Part shown: positions 1 to 9,772 of the stretch, piece by piece
Position numbering within the stretch: the stretch's first letter is position 1
How the letters are laid out: each line of letters starts with the position of its first letter
Sequence record: SRR31156797_603
Length of the DNA stretch: 50,509 bases
Direction: 5' to 3' (one strand)
The notes under the pieces: generated by a model
Databases searched by the model: none
What the model was told of the DNA's origin: nothing
What the model saw: the letters and a program-made list of their open reading frames with translations, nothing else
Translations under genes and position numbers: made by a program

Positions 1-184
1 GTGTTCCTCCTCCAAAATAAATGGTTTCAATCTGATAATCATTAAGAATACCTTTACGTAGGTTTATTTCGAATGTAAGTGCTTTGAAAAAATCATCCGC
101 TAGTTTCACATTTGTGACTGTATAAAAATCACAATAATAGCATCTTGATTTACAGAAAGGTATATGGATGTAAATGCCTGCCAT
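1..184 (-). CDS. hemW: Radical SAM heme chaperone HemW / HemN-like, 5' part only (runs off the window start)
   Basis: Not in the ORF track. Manual translation from CAT at 182-184 gives MAGIYIHIPFCKSRCYYCDFY...IETIYFGGGT, with the CxxxCxxC radical SAM motif plus YIHIPFC and YFGGGT. Confidence 0.9.
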   Translation of the reverse strand, partial: MAGIYIHIPFCKSRCYYCDFYTVTNVKLADDFFKALTFEINLRKGILNDYQIETIYFGGGT

Positions 185-428
185 TTTATTATGCGAATTA
201 TTAGATTTTCAGAATGAATAAAATTAGGAATATTTCATTTCAATTGATTTCTATTTCCAAAATTTTCATCTGACTTTTTCGTATGTTAGTCAAAACATCC
301 AATTATTTCATAATTTCCAAAACCTACATATTTCAATAAGATATAATTGGTTCTTCAAATTTTTCAATCAAATAGTAGATTCAAAGTGCTAACGAAATGT
401 TAATTTTAGCGTTGAATTAAATAAAAAA

Positions 429-842
429 ATGAAGCAAAACTTAACTAAAATAGTATTCACGGCGCTTTTGGTTTTATGGGTTATACTAATAACCATCCTT
501 AGTTTGGCACCCACAAACCAAATGTCACACGCTTTGCTAAACATAGAACATCTTGACAAGGTCGCGCATTTTATGTTTTATTTTGTATTTGCCCTTTTGC
601 TATTCAGATTAATGTATTACTATAAATTTACTTCACTGACCGTAAATCTATTGGTTGCGGCCATTGTTCCCATTGTTTATAGTGGAGGTATTGAAATGTT
701 TCAAGAGTATTTAACTACAACCCGCGAAGCCGATTTCTTAGATTTTCTTATGAATATTATGGGTGCTGTTTTTGCTGTTTTATTTGGAAAAAAACTTTTT
801 AAACTAGAATTCCTGAAACAATATGTCAAAGAATTCTCCTAA
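429..842 (+). CDS. VanZ-family membrane protein
   Basis: Four hydrophobic segments, DKVAHF motif, IEMFQ...R.ADFLDFLMNIMG. Confidence 0.8.
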   Translation: MKQNLTKIVFTALLVLWVILITILSLAPTNQMSHALLNIEHLDKVAHFMFYFVFALLLFRLMYYYKFTSLTVNLLVAAIVPIVYSGGIEMFQEYLTTTREADFLDFLMNIMGAVFAVLFGKKLFKLEFLKQYVKEFS

Positions 843-1989
843 TTGTAGACGATGATTTTAATTTCATTGATTTAAAATCAAAACCTGAAATTAAATTAAC
901 TCCCGGTTTCTTACCAATTGAAAAACTTCCAAGGTCATTCCAATTCATAAAGGTTGCAGCGTTAATTGTTGCCCAGTTTAGCATTTTTTCAAAAGGTAAA
1001 TTAAGCTCACTTTGAAAACATTTCATTTCATCTAATAGATCCAGCGACTGACCACTTGCCAAACTATCTGTCCCCAGCATCAACGGCATACCCGACCCTT
1101 CTAACATCTCAATATCAGGCAACTGACCAGATATTTGCATATTAGAAGTTGGGCATAATACAAAACCAAATGATGAATGTTTTGAGGTTAAGGCATTAAT
1201 ATCTTCCCTACTTGTAAATGAATTGTGAACCAACAAAATTCTAGCAGCATTCAAATAATTGAGAACAGATTTCAAACTTGATTCCTTTTGAGGAGTCCAA
1301 TCGCAAATTAATTCCAAAGTTTTAAAAAGATCTAATAACTTTCCTTCACCGCTCTGAAACATCTGATTCTCTGAATGACTTTCCTGATTATGCATAGAAG
1401 ATAAATCAGAACCAACCAACTCATGTGATAATAATTCCCATAATTCAGATGAAATTGAATAAGGTGCATGTGGGGCCAGGGAAATATTTAAATCATTTTG
1501 CCTGTATTCATCTATCAAGTTTTTGATTTGCATTAATTTCTCAAAAGCCTTATCAGATCTTAATCCGGTTATTTCTGCAAAAGTATGATACCTAATCTTA
1601 GACTTTTTCTTTACAGGTATTGTAATATTAGTATTTGCAATATCGCAAGCAGCTACAATACCTTTTCTATGCATAAATTTATCAGCTTTAAGAGCCTCTT
1701 CAAGCGCATCTTTATCTGTTCGGTTTTTTATTACATTTTCAATGAAATAGGTCAAATCCTGAAGTGGCGGTTCAATTCTGTTAAAATTTGAAAACTCAAG
1801 ATGTGTATGCATATTTATAAAGCCTGGCACCAATACACCATTTAGAAATTCGGTATGAGCCAACTCAACCATTTCTCCGCCAAAATCATATACTTTACGA
1901 ATGGTTCCATCATCATCTGTTTCCACAATGCCATTTCGAATTGGTGGAGAAGTAATGGGATATACGTAATTTGCTGATATTCTTCTCAT
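826..1989 (-). CDS. Amidohydrolase-superfamily metallo-deaminase, substrate unknown
   Basis: PGFINMHTHLE (HxH), PHAPYS, HNQES, GTDS, ATINAA motifs. Confidence 0.85.
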   Translation of the reverse strand: MRRISANYVYPITSPPIRNGIVETDDDGTIRKVYDFGGEMVELAHTEFLNGVLVPGFINMHTHLEFSNFNRIEPPLQDLTYFIENVIKNRTDKDALEEALKADKFMHRKGIVAACDIANTNITIPVKKKSKIRYHTFAEITGLRSDKAFEKLMQIKNLIDEYRQNDLNISLAPHAPYSISSELWELLSHELVGSDLSSMHNQESHSENQMFQSGEGKLLDLFKTLELICDWTPQKESSLKSVLNYLNAARILLVHNSFTSREDINALTSKHSSFGFVLCPTSNMQISGQLPDIEMLEGSGMPLMLGTDSLASGQSLDLLDEMKCFQSELNLPFEKMLNWATINAATFMNWNDLGSFSIGKKPGVNLISGFDFKSMKLKSSSTIRRIL

Positions 1990-2549
1990 TTCTTCAGTTT
2001 GTACTTTAAATTAACAGCCATTGAACCAGTATGGTTTTGGGTTGATTTCATCTTTTTTGATTTCAGATGTAAACCACATGATATGCAAATTTTGGTATAA
2101 GGTGAATTTTGCACTCCACAAGCCGGGCAAGAATATTCAGTTTTAGGAGAGATCTGTTCTGCTAGTTCCTCTTCTGTTTCCAAATTTTGAATATGTCTCT
2201 GAATATAATGCCTGGCTCCTTTATCGTTGATTACATATATTGCAAAAGCAATTCCGGTTGCAATAATACTTCCAACAACCAGCATTTTCCAATTGGTAAA
2301 ACCGGCAAGAAATATAACCGCCATGTACATAAATAAAATTAACGGACCTAAAGAAGGAACAGATAACCGATAATATAAAACCCTATCTTGAAGAGTAAGA
2401 ATTAATTTATGGTCGGCAAAAAACGGTATTTTGTTCGTATGAATAGTTAATTTATTCTCAGATAATTCTGCTTCATCTTTTGGAAATCGTTCTAAAAGCT
2501 CATTGTCTGTGATAGTTGTTTTAAGGGTTATATTTCCTTTAATCCACAT
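1986..2549 (-). CDS. Hypothetical membrane protein with two TM helices and a C-terminal zinc ribbon
   Basis: Two hydrophobic stretches and CPAC...CISC; overlaps both neighbours (ATGA and TAATG junctions). Confidence 0.7.
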   Translation of the reverse strand: MWIKGNITLKTTITDNELLERFPKDEAELSENKLTIHTNKIPFFADHKLILTLQDRVLYYRLSVPSLGPLILFMYMAVIFLAGFTNWKMLVVGSIIATGIAFAIYVINDKGARHYIQRHIQNLETEEELAEQISPKTEYSCPACGVQNSPYTKICISCGLHLKSKKMKSTQNHTGSMAVNLKYKLKK

Positions 2550-3151
2550 TAAATGTCTTGAGAAATATAAAATTTAACAAGCTCCTTTAAAATAAGTGAG
2601 TCCCCATCACGCTTAACCTCTTCACGAATCAAACCTACTTTAGGGGCATAAATCTCTTTTGAAAGCCACGGATGAATGGTATCAGAATCTTCATAATACT
2701 CGATGACTACTATACACCTTCCAAATGTATCACGTTGAGTTTCAAGCAAAGGAGTAGTGAGAGTTACTAATGTATCTTTCGCAATAACTTTTCTTTTAAT
2801 AACGCCATCCAAATAGTATCCAACTTCCCATTCTTCACCATTACTTTCAGAAAGCAATTGTTTTAGCGGAATTCGATTATTATTCTGCGTAATTTCATAT
2901 TCATACACATACTGTTCCCCAATTTTGGGCACATAAAATTCCTTAGATTTCACTGTTGTTTCTAAATCTTCATAATAACTGTGTCTATGATATCCGGGAG
3001 ATACAGCTATAGTGTTTCCATCTGAATAAACCCAATAACTTTCAGGGAAAGCAGGAAAATATTCCTTCGGAAACATATATTCTATTTCATCATCATCTTT
3101 ACAACCAATGATTGCAATTATTGCTACTAGAAGAATTAATATTTTTTTCAT
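2549..3151 (-). CDS. Hypothetical lipoprotein, probably surface-exposed
   Basis: Signal peptide II ending IIGC, followed by KDDDE resembling the Bacteroidetes lipoprotein export signal. Confidence 0.75.
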   Translation of the reverse strand: MKKILILLVAIIAIIGCKDDDEIEYMFPKEYFPAFPESYWVYSDGNTIAVSPGYHRHSYYEDLETTVKSKEFYVPKIGEQYVYEYEITQNNNRIPLKQLLSESNGEEWEVGYYLDGVIKRKVIAKDTLVTLTTPLLETQRDTFGRCIVVIEYYEDSDTIHPWLSKEIYAPKVGLIREEVKRDGDSLILKELVKFYISQDI

Positions 3152-3160
3152 CGTTCTATA

Positions 3161-3964
3161 CTATTTTTCTATTGCAGATGGTTTTTTCTTCATCAAATAT
3201 ACAAGTAATCCTGCACCTATCAATATAAATGGGATACTCAGCCATTGACCCATATTTAAACGCATGGAGGATTCAAAATCAACCTGATCGTTTTTAATAA
3301 ACTCAATTAAGAAACGTGCTGTAAACAATAATATTAGAAAAATACCAAAGATTTTACCATTTATCTCTTTCACTCTAATCTTTAAGAAATAAAAATGCAG
3401 AACTACAAAAATTAGCAAATAACTCAATGCTTCATATATTTGGGTTGGATGCTTGGGAACTGTTTCTCCATTTCTTTCAAAAATAACTCCCCATGGTAAT
3501 GCTGTTTCAACTCCATAAATTTCAGAATTGAAAAAGTTGCCCATGCGAATAAAAAAGCCTCCTAATGCAACCACAATAACCACCCTATCGAGGATCCACA
3601 AGAATGGCACTTTGATTTTTCGGGCATACAAAAACAAAGCTGCTAATATTCCAATGGCTGCACCATGACTTGCTAATCCTCCTTGCCAAACATATAGAAT
3701 TTCAATAGGGTTAGCCAAATAAATTTCAGGTTGATAAAAAAGACAATGTCCCAAACGTGCACCTATCAATGTTCCGATAAATACATACATACTTAACTTG
3801 TCCAGAAGTGAATCTTTAAGTTTATCTAATTTGTAGTACTTTCTCATTACCACATACCCAAAGAAAAAAGCGAAAGCGAACATTAATCCATAATAACGAA
3901 CTCCATGGCTTCCAATGTTAAATAGAGTAGGGTCAAAATCCCAATGTATAGCGTTTAGTATCAT
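3161..3964 (-). CDS. lgt: Prolipoprotein diacylglyceryl transferase
   Basis: GARLGHCLFY, GGLASHG, RMGNFFNSE, HPTQIYE, RFLIEF. Confidence 0.97.
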   Translation of the reverse strand: MILNAIHWDFDPTLFNIGSHGVRYYGLMFAFAFFFGYVVMRKYYKLDKLKDSLLDKLSMYVFIGTLIGARLGHCLFYQPEIYLANPIEILYVWQGGLASHGAAIGILAALFLYARKIKVPFLWILDRVVIVVALGGFFIRMGNFFNSEIYGVETALPWGVIFERNGETVPKHPTQIYEALSYLLIFVVLHFYFLKIRVKEINGKIFGIFLILLFTARFLIEFIKNDQVDFESSMRLNMGQWLSIPFILIGAGLLVYLMKKKPSAIEK

Positions 3965-3976
3965 CTTTTTTTATTG

Positions 3977-3984
3977 CAAATTTA
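3977..3984 (-). promoter_or_regulatory. Bacteroidetes sigma-A -7 element for lgt
   Basis: TAAATTTG on the minus strand matches TAnnTTTG, 12 nt upstream of the ATG. Confidence 0.6.
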
Positions 3985-4165
3985 TAAGTTCTTATTTTGA
4001 ATGTGTAAAAGTAAGGTTATTTTTAGTTTTAATCTCTCTCAACCTTTTAAAAATCCATTTCAGGGATTCAATATTAAAAATTAATCAATTCATTATCAGA
4101 ATTTATAATGAGATTCTAATCTACCGGCATTCTTATATTCTTTTTAACTATACAGTATAAATTAT

Positions 4166-4173
4166 TAACTTTG
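4166..4173 (+). promoter_or_regulatory. Sigma-A -7 element for the M1 peptidase gene
   Basis: TAACTTTG matches TAnnTTTG, upstream of ATG 4200. Confidence 0.6.
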
Positions 4174-4199
4174 AGTTACCATTAAAAAAACAGCATGCT

Positions 4200-6122
4200 A
4201 TGAGATTAAAACAATTATTTTTCATTATTGCAACTTTGCTTATTCTTTCTGCCAATGGGCAATCTGGAGGGGTATTAAATGAGAACCAAGCCTCCTATGA
4301 TGTATTATTTTACGATTTAAATATTGATATTTATCCAGAGGCTCAAGCTATTTCTGGCATTGTATCTTGCAGAGCAGAATTAATTTCTCCTATTGATACC
4401 TTTGAATTAGATCTTAATATGAATTTTGAAATCGATTCAATATCTGTATCATTAAACAATAATCCCTTACAGAATATACAATACCTTCATGAAAACAAAA
4501 AGGTATTCATTGAAATCCCCGCTATTACAACCAGTGGAGATATTATTGAAACAACCGTTTTTTACTCAGGAACTCCGCCTGAAAATGGTGGCGATAATCC
4601 ATATGGAGGATTTATTTGGAATCAGTCAGACGAAAATTTGATCTATGTTTACTGTATTTTTGAAGGCGCAGATTCTTGGTGGCCTTGTAAAGATCACCCA
4701 TCAGACGAAGCAGATTCTGTAAATATGAATTTTACAGTTCCAGAACCCTTAGTTGTCGCGTCAAATGGAGTTCTAAAAGATAGTATAAACAATGGAGAAG
4801 GCACTATCACATATAATTGGTTTAATAGCTCTCCAATAAGCAATTGGAAAGTTATTTTCTTTGCCGGAAATTTAAAATTGATTGAACAAAAGTATACAAG
4901 TATTACTGGTGATACTATACCATTTAAAATGTGGGTAAACCCAAGCTCTTATGCTAATGCATTAAATGCTTTAGATATGTTTAAAGAAGAATTTGATTTT
5001 CTTGAATCAATAAACGGCCCATATCCTTTTGGACATGAAAAACATGGTATTATGCAAGCTTCTGGTGGAATGGAAAATCAAACCATTATTTCAATTGGCA
5101 ATTCGTTCGATACAACAATTATTTATCATGGCTTGCATTTTCATGAATTATCTCATGAATGGTGGGGCAATCTAGTCACAGCCAAAAACTGGGCAGATAT
5201 ATGGATTCATGAGGGAATTGCGTCTTACACTGAAAGTTTATATCTTGAACACCTACTAGGATACGAGCACTACCTAAATGGAATAAACAGCTCATTTACA
5301 GGAAATTACTGGATAACCCCATTAGCTCCAAGACAAGAGTTGGAAGCAAATTATGTTTATACTTTTATAGAACCATATTTAAGAGGAGTTCTTACAATGC
5401 ATACGCTTAGGTATTACTTAGGAGATGATGTTTTTTTTGAAGTATTAAAAAGGTGGGCATATCCTGATTCTACTGATTTTGATAATACAAACGGGCGTTT
5501 ATGTAGACTTGTTGATACCGATGATTTAATGTATTTAACTGAGGATATTGCAGGAAAAGAAATGGATAATTTTTTCGAAGCATATTTTAGAGAACAGTAC
5601 ATGCCACAGATTACCGTAACTCAGTATCCGGACTCATCAGTATTTAAGTGGTATATACTACATGAAAACAACTTAGAAGAAATTTCTCTTGACTTGAACA
5701 TTCCGGTTAAAGTAAACGGACTAGATTTTATAGTTGAAATGGTTGACGGAGAAGGAATACTAAATATAAGCCCAAATGATAATTTAGAAGTTAATCCACA
5801 AAACAAAATAATAACAGGTGAAACAATTATTGAAGATGCAACAAAGATTAGAAACCTAGATTGTACATTTGAGCTGACTCAAAACTACCCAAATCCCTTT
5901 GATAGCTATTCAACCATTAAAATTAACAATCCTAAACTTCAAAGAATCAAAATTGAAATATTCAACTCATTAGGAACGAAAGTAAATACCCTAGTTAACA
6001 AAGACTTATCTCCAGGAGAATATTATTTTAAAATTGATGGCAGAAAATTAGAAAAAGGAATGTATTTCTATACCTTAATTGCACATGATTTCAAAAAAAG
6101 TAAATCTTTTATTGTTAAGTAA
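4200..6122 (+). CDS. Secreted M1-family zinc aminopeptidase with T9SS type A C-terminal sorting domain
   Basis: Signal peptide, GGMEN, HELSH...WIHEG, and C-terminal QNYPNPF...GMYFY...KSFIVK. Confidence 0.9.
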   Translation: MRLKQLFFIIATLLILSANGQSGGVLNENQASYDVLFYDLNIDIYPEAQAISGIVSCRAELISPIDTFELDLNMNFEIDSISVSLNNNPLQNIQYLHENKKVFIEIPAITTSGDIIETTVFYSGTPPENGGDNPYGGFIWNQSDENLIYVYCIFEGADSWWPCKDHPSDEADSVNMNFTVPEPLVVASNGVLKDSINNGEGTITYNWFNSSPISNWKVIFFAGNLKLIEQKYTSITGDTIPFKMWVNPSSYANALNALDMFKEEFDFLESINGPYPFGHEKHGIMQASGGMENQTIISIGNSFDTTIIYHGLHFHELSHEWWGNLVTAKNWADIWIHEGIASYTESLYLEHLLGYEHYLNGINSSFTGNYWITPLAPRQELEANYVYTFIEPYLRGVLTMHTLRYYLGDDVFFEVLKRWAYPDSTDFDNTNGRLCRLVDTDDLMYLTEDIAGKEMDNFFEAYFREQYMPQITVTQYPDSSVFKWYILHENNLEEISLDLNIPVKVNGLDFIVEMVDGEGILNISPNDNLEVNPQNKIITGETIIEDATKIRNLDCTFELTQNYPNPFDSYSTIKINNPKLQRIKIEIFNSLGTKVNTLVNKDLSPGEYYFKIDGRKLEKGMYFYTLIAHDFKKSKSFIVK

Positions 6123-6314
6123 AAGGATTTTCCCGAATACCTGAAAATTAATTGATTATTTTTTAAATTCGCACACTTTCATTATTAGATTATGTGCGAA
6201 TTTTCTTATTTTCGCAGTCATTTAAAATTTTAAGCTGTTTGAGCTTAACTTTTTCAAAAGCAACCTGTTTAGGTTTGTTGAAAAGAATAATAAAGTTGAA
6301 AATATAAGGGTAAT

Positions 6315-9300
6315 ATGAGCGACAAATTTCAGGAATACAAAGGAATTGATTTGGCTGGTGTATCGCAGAGAGTGCTGGCAAAGTGGAAAGCTGAAAAAAC
6401 TTTTGAAAAATCTATTGAAACCCGCAAAGGGAAACCGGAATTCGTATTTTACGAAGGACCACCCTCAGCGAATGGTATGCCGGGGATTCACCACGTAATG
6501 GCACGTACCATTAAAGATATTTTCTGTCGCTACAAAACCATGGACGGTTACCTTGTGAACCGAAAAGCCGGTTGGGATACGCATGGATTACCTGTTGAAC
6601 TTGGCGTGGAGAAAACCCTTGGAATTACTAAAGAGGATATAGGAAAGAAAATTTCCGTTGAAGAATACAATGCCACTTGTCGTAAAGAGGTAATGAAATA
6701 TACCGATGTATGGGAAGACCTAACGGATAAAATCGGTTATTGGGTAGACATGGACGATCCATATATCACATATGACAATCGTTACATCGAAACTTTGTGG
6801 TTTTTGTTAAAAGAACTGTACAAAAAAGGTTACTTGTACAAAGGAAAAACCATACAGCCTTATTCGCCTGCTGCAGGAACCGGTTTGAGTACACACGAAC
6901 TGAACCAGCCCGGTTGCTATCGTGATGTAAAAGACACAACCATTACAGCGCAATTCAAAGTGGTTAAAAATGCTGAAAGCGAATTTTTAACAAACGACCT
7001 TAATGCTGATTCATATTTCCTTGCATGGACGACTACTCCATGGACGCTTCCATCGAACACGGCATTGGCAGTTGGAGCAGGGATTGAGTATGTGAAAGTT
7101 CGCACATTTAACCAGTATACCGGAGAACCTATTGTTGTTATTTTGGCAAAAGATCAGCTAAATACCTATTTCAGCCCTAAAAATGCTGAATTAGCATTGG
7201 AAGATTACAAACCTGGTGATAAAAAAGTACCTTTCAAAGTACTGGGCTCACATAAAGGCAAAGAACTTGAAGGCGTGCGTTACGAACAACTTATTCCATG
7301 GGTAAAACCTGACGGTGATGCTTTCCGCGTTATCACAGGTGACTATGTAACTACCGAAGAAGGTACAGGAATGGTTCACATTGCACCTACTTTTGGTGCA
7401 GATGATGATCGTGTAGCTAAAGTTGCCGGTATTGCACCGCTAATTCTCATTGACAAATTAGGGAATAACGAACCAATGGTTGATAAGCGAGGACGTTTCT
7501 ATGCTGTTGAAGACTTGGATGAAAAATTTGTTGCTGATTTCGTTAACGATTCATATAAGGAATTTGCCGGTCGTTTCGTGAAAAACGAATACGACAAAGA
7601 TGCTACAGATGAGACACCATTATTGGATGTGGACATCAGCGTGATGTTGAAAAAAGAGAACAAAGCATTCAAAATAGAGAAATACGTTCACAATTATCCA
7701 CACTGCTGGCGTACAGACAAACCTGTATTGTACTATCCATTAGATTCATGGTTCATCAAAACTACCGCTTTCAAAGAGCGTATGATGGAATTGAACAAAA
7801 CCATCAACTGGAAACCACAATCAACAGGTGAAGGACGCTTTGGCAAATGGTTAGAAAATCTTGTGGACTGGAACTTATCACGTTCACGTTACTGGGGAAC
7901 ACCGCTGCCAATATGGTCAACTGAGGACCGCTCAGAAATGAAATGTATAGGATCAGCCAAAGAATTGACTGAGGAGATCAATAAAGCTGTGGAAGCTGGT
8001 GTAATGAAAGAAAATCCATTCCCTGAATTCAAAGCTGGTGAGAATACAAAAGAAAACTACGAAAAGCTTGATTTGCACAAGCCTTACGTTGATAATATTG
8101 TGTTGGTTTCTGACAGTGGACAACCAATGCATCGTGAGCCAGACTTGATTGATGTATGGTTCGATTCAGGTGCTATGCCATTTGCACAATGGCATTACCC
8201 ATTTGAGAATGAAGAAGGGTTAAGCAAAGTATTCCCGGCTGACTTTATCGCTGAAGGTGTTGACCAAACACGCGGTTGGTTTTTTACATTGCATGCCATC
8301 GCAACCATGACACAAGATTCAGTAGCATTTAAAAATATTATATCAAACGGATTAGTACTGGACAAAAACGGCAATAAAATGTCGAAACGTTTAGGTAACG
8401 CTGTTGATCCATTCGAAGTAGTTGAAAAATATGGTAGTGATCCACTACGTTGGTACATGATTACCAATGCCCAACCATGGGATAACCTTAAATTTGACAT
8501 AGCCGGCGTAGAAGAAACCAGTCGTAAATTCTTTGGCACATTGTACAACACCTATTCATTCTTTTCATTATACGCCAATGTAGATGGTTTTACTTATAAA
8601 GAAGATGAGGTGCCAGTTGAAAACCGTCAAGAAATTGATCGTTGGATTCTTTCACTATTAAACACCTTGAAAAAAGACGTATTGGCTCATTATGAAAACT
8701 ATGAACCAACTCGTGCAGGACGTTTAATTGATGAATTTGTAAACGAAAACCTTAGTAACTGGTATGTTCGTTTGAACCGTAAACGTTTCTGGGGCGGCGA
8801 ATACAACGAAGATAAAATTGCAGCTTACCAAACACTTTATACCTGTTTGGAAACAGTAGCAAGATTAGCTTCACCAATTGCCCCATTCTTTATGGATCAA
8901 CTGTTTCGTGACTTGAATGCTGTTAGTGGAATAGACAAAACAGAATCAGTTCACCTTGCATATATGCCAGAAGTTGATGAAAAACTAATTGACAAGGCAT
9001 TAGAAGAGCGCATGGATTTAGCGCAGCGTATTTCAAGTATGGTATTAAGCTTACGTCGCAAAGTAAATATCAAAGTACGTCAGCCGTTGCAAAAAATTAT
9101 GGTGCCTATTTTGAACAAGGATACTAAAAACCACATTGAAGGCATTGCTGACATTGTAAAAACTGAAGTAAACCTAAAAGAAATAGAACTTTTAGAAGAT
9201 ACTTCAGGCGTATTTGTGAAAAAAATAAAACCAAACTTTAAAGCTTTAGGGCCAAAGTATGGTAAACATATGAAAGCCATTTCAGCTACCATCAACCAGA

Positions 9301-9746
9301 TGGATCAAGAAGGAATAGCTACTTTTGAGCGCGATGGCAAATACAAGATTGAAGCTAATGGTGAGCAAATTGAACTTTCGTTGGATGATGTTGAAATCAT
9401 TTCAGAAGATATTCCGGGATGGTTAGTAGCCAACGATGATAAATTAACTATTGCCTTGGATATCACTATCACAGATGAACTTAAACAGGAAGGAATTGCC
9501 CGCGAATTCATCAATCGTATTCAAAACTTACGAAAAGATGAAGGTTTAGATGTGACAGATAAAATTAATTTGTATATTGGCAAACACGAAGCTATAAATA
9601 ATGCGATTGAAACCTATACAAAGTATATAGCAACGCAAACCTTAGCACGTGAAATTACGTTAACGGAGAAAATGCCTTCAGATAAGGCCAAAGAGGTGGA
9701 AATTGACACAGATGTAACGACCACCATTTTAATTGAAAAGGTTTAA
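6315..9746 (+). CDS. ileS: Isoleucine--tRNA ligase, type 2 (IleRS2)
   Basis: YEGPPSANGMPGIHH, GWDTHGLPVE, WTTTPWT, SRSRYWGTP, EGVDQTRGWF, KMSKR; long type-2 C-terminus without a zinc finger. Confidence 0.98.
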   Translation: MSDKFQEYKGIDLAGVSQRVLAKWKAEKTFEKSIETRKGKPEFVFYEGPPSANGMPGIHHVMARTIKDIFCRYKTMDGYLVNRKAGWDTHGLPVELGVEKTLGITKEDIGKKISVEEYNATCRKEVMKYTDVWEDLTDKIGYWVDMDDPYITYDNRYIETLWFLLKELYKKGYLYKGKTIQPYSPAAGTGLSTHELNQPGCYRDVKDTTITAQFKVVKNAESEFLTNDLNADSYFLAWTTTPWTLPSNTALAVGAGIEYVKVRTFNQYTGEPIVVILAKDQLNTYFSPKNAELALEDYKPGDKKVPFKVLGSHKGKELEGVRYEQLIPWVKPDGDAFRVITGDYVTTEEGTGMVHIAPTFGADDDRVAKVAGIAPLILIDKLGNNEPMVDKRGRFYAVEDLDEKFVADFVNDSYKEFAGRFVKNEYDKDATDETPLLDVDISVMLKKENKAFKIEKYVHNYPHCWRTDKPVLYYPLDSWFIKTTAFKERMMELNKTINWKPQSTGEGRFGKWLENLVDWNLSRSRYWGTPLPIWSTEDRSEMKCIGSAKELTEEINKAVEAGVMKENPFPEFKAGENTKENYEKLDLHKPYVDNIVLVSDSGQPMHREPDLIDVWFDSGAMPFAQWHYPFENEEGLSKVFPADFIAEGVDQTRGWFFTLHAIATMTQDSVAFKNIISNGLVLDKNGNKMSKRLGNAVDPFEVVEKYGSDPLRWYMITNAQPWDNLKFDIAGVEETSRKFFGTLYNTYSFFSLYANVDGFTYKEDEVPVENRQEIDRWILSLLNTLKKDVLAHYENYEPTRAGRLIDEFVNENLSNWYVRLNRKRFWGGEYNEDKIAAYQTLYTCLETVARLASPIAPFFMDQLFRDLNAVSGIDKTESVHLAYMPEVDEKLIDKALEERMDLAQRISSMVLSLRRKVNIKVRQPLQKIMVPILNKDTKNHIEGIADIVKTEVNLKEIELLEDTSGVFVKKIKPNFKALGPKYGKHMKAISATINQMDQEGIATFERDGKYKIEANGEQIELSLDDVEIISEDIPGWLVANDDKLTIALDITITDELKQEGIAREFINRIQNLRKDEGLDVTDKINLYIGKHEAINNAIETYTKYIATQTLAREITLTEKMPSDKAKEVEIDTDVTTTILIEKV

Positions 9747-9772
9747 ATACCCCCATAAAAAACGGAGGAGAT

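Noticed and set aside
185..428. Repeated ATTTCCAAAA/ATTTCA words resembling CRISPR repeat ends
   Set aside because: Only 6-10 nt matches at irregular spacing in AT-rich DNA, with no repeat-spacer periodicity and no cas genes.
6192..6233. Short ORF MCEFSYFRSHLKF in the ileS leader as an attenuator peptide
   Set aside because: It contains no Ile codons, so it could not sense Ile-tRNA.
6315..9746. ileS looks GC-richer than its neighbours, suggesting horizontal acquisition
   Set aside because: It sits in the usual ileS-dksA-lspA context, and high-expression codon bias is a simpler explanation. GC content was judged only by eye.
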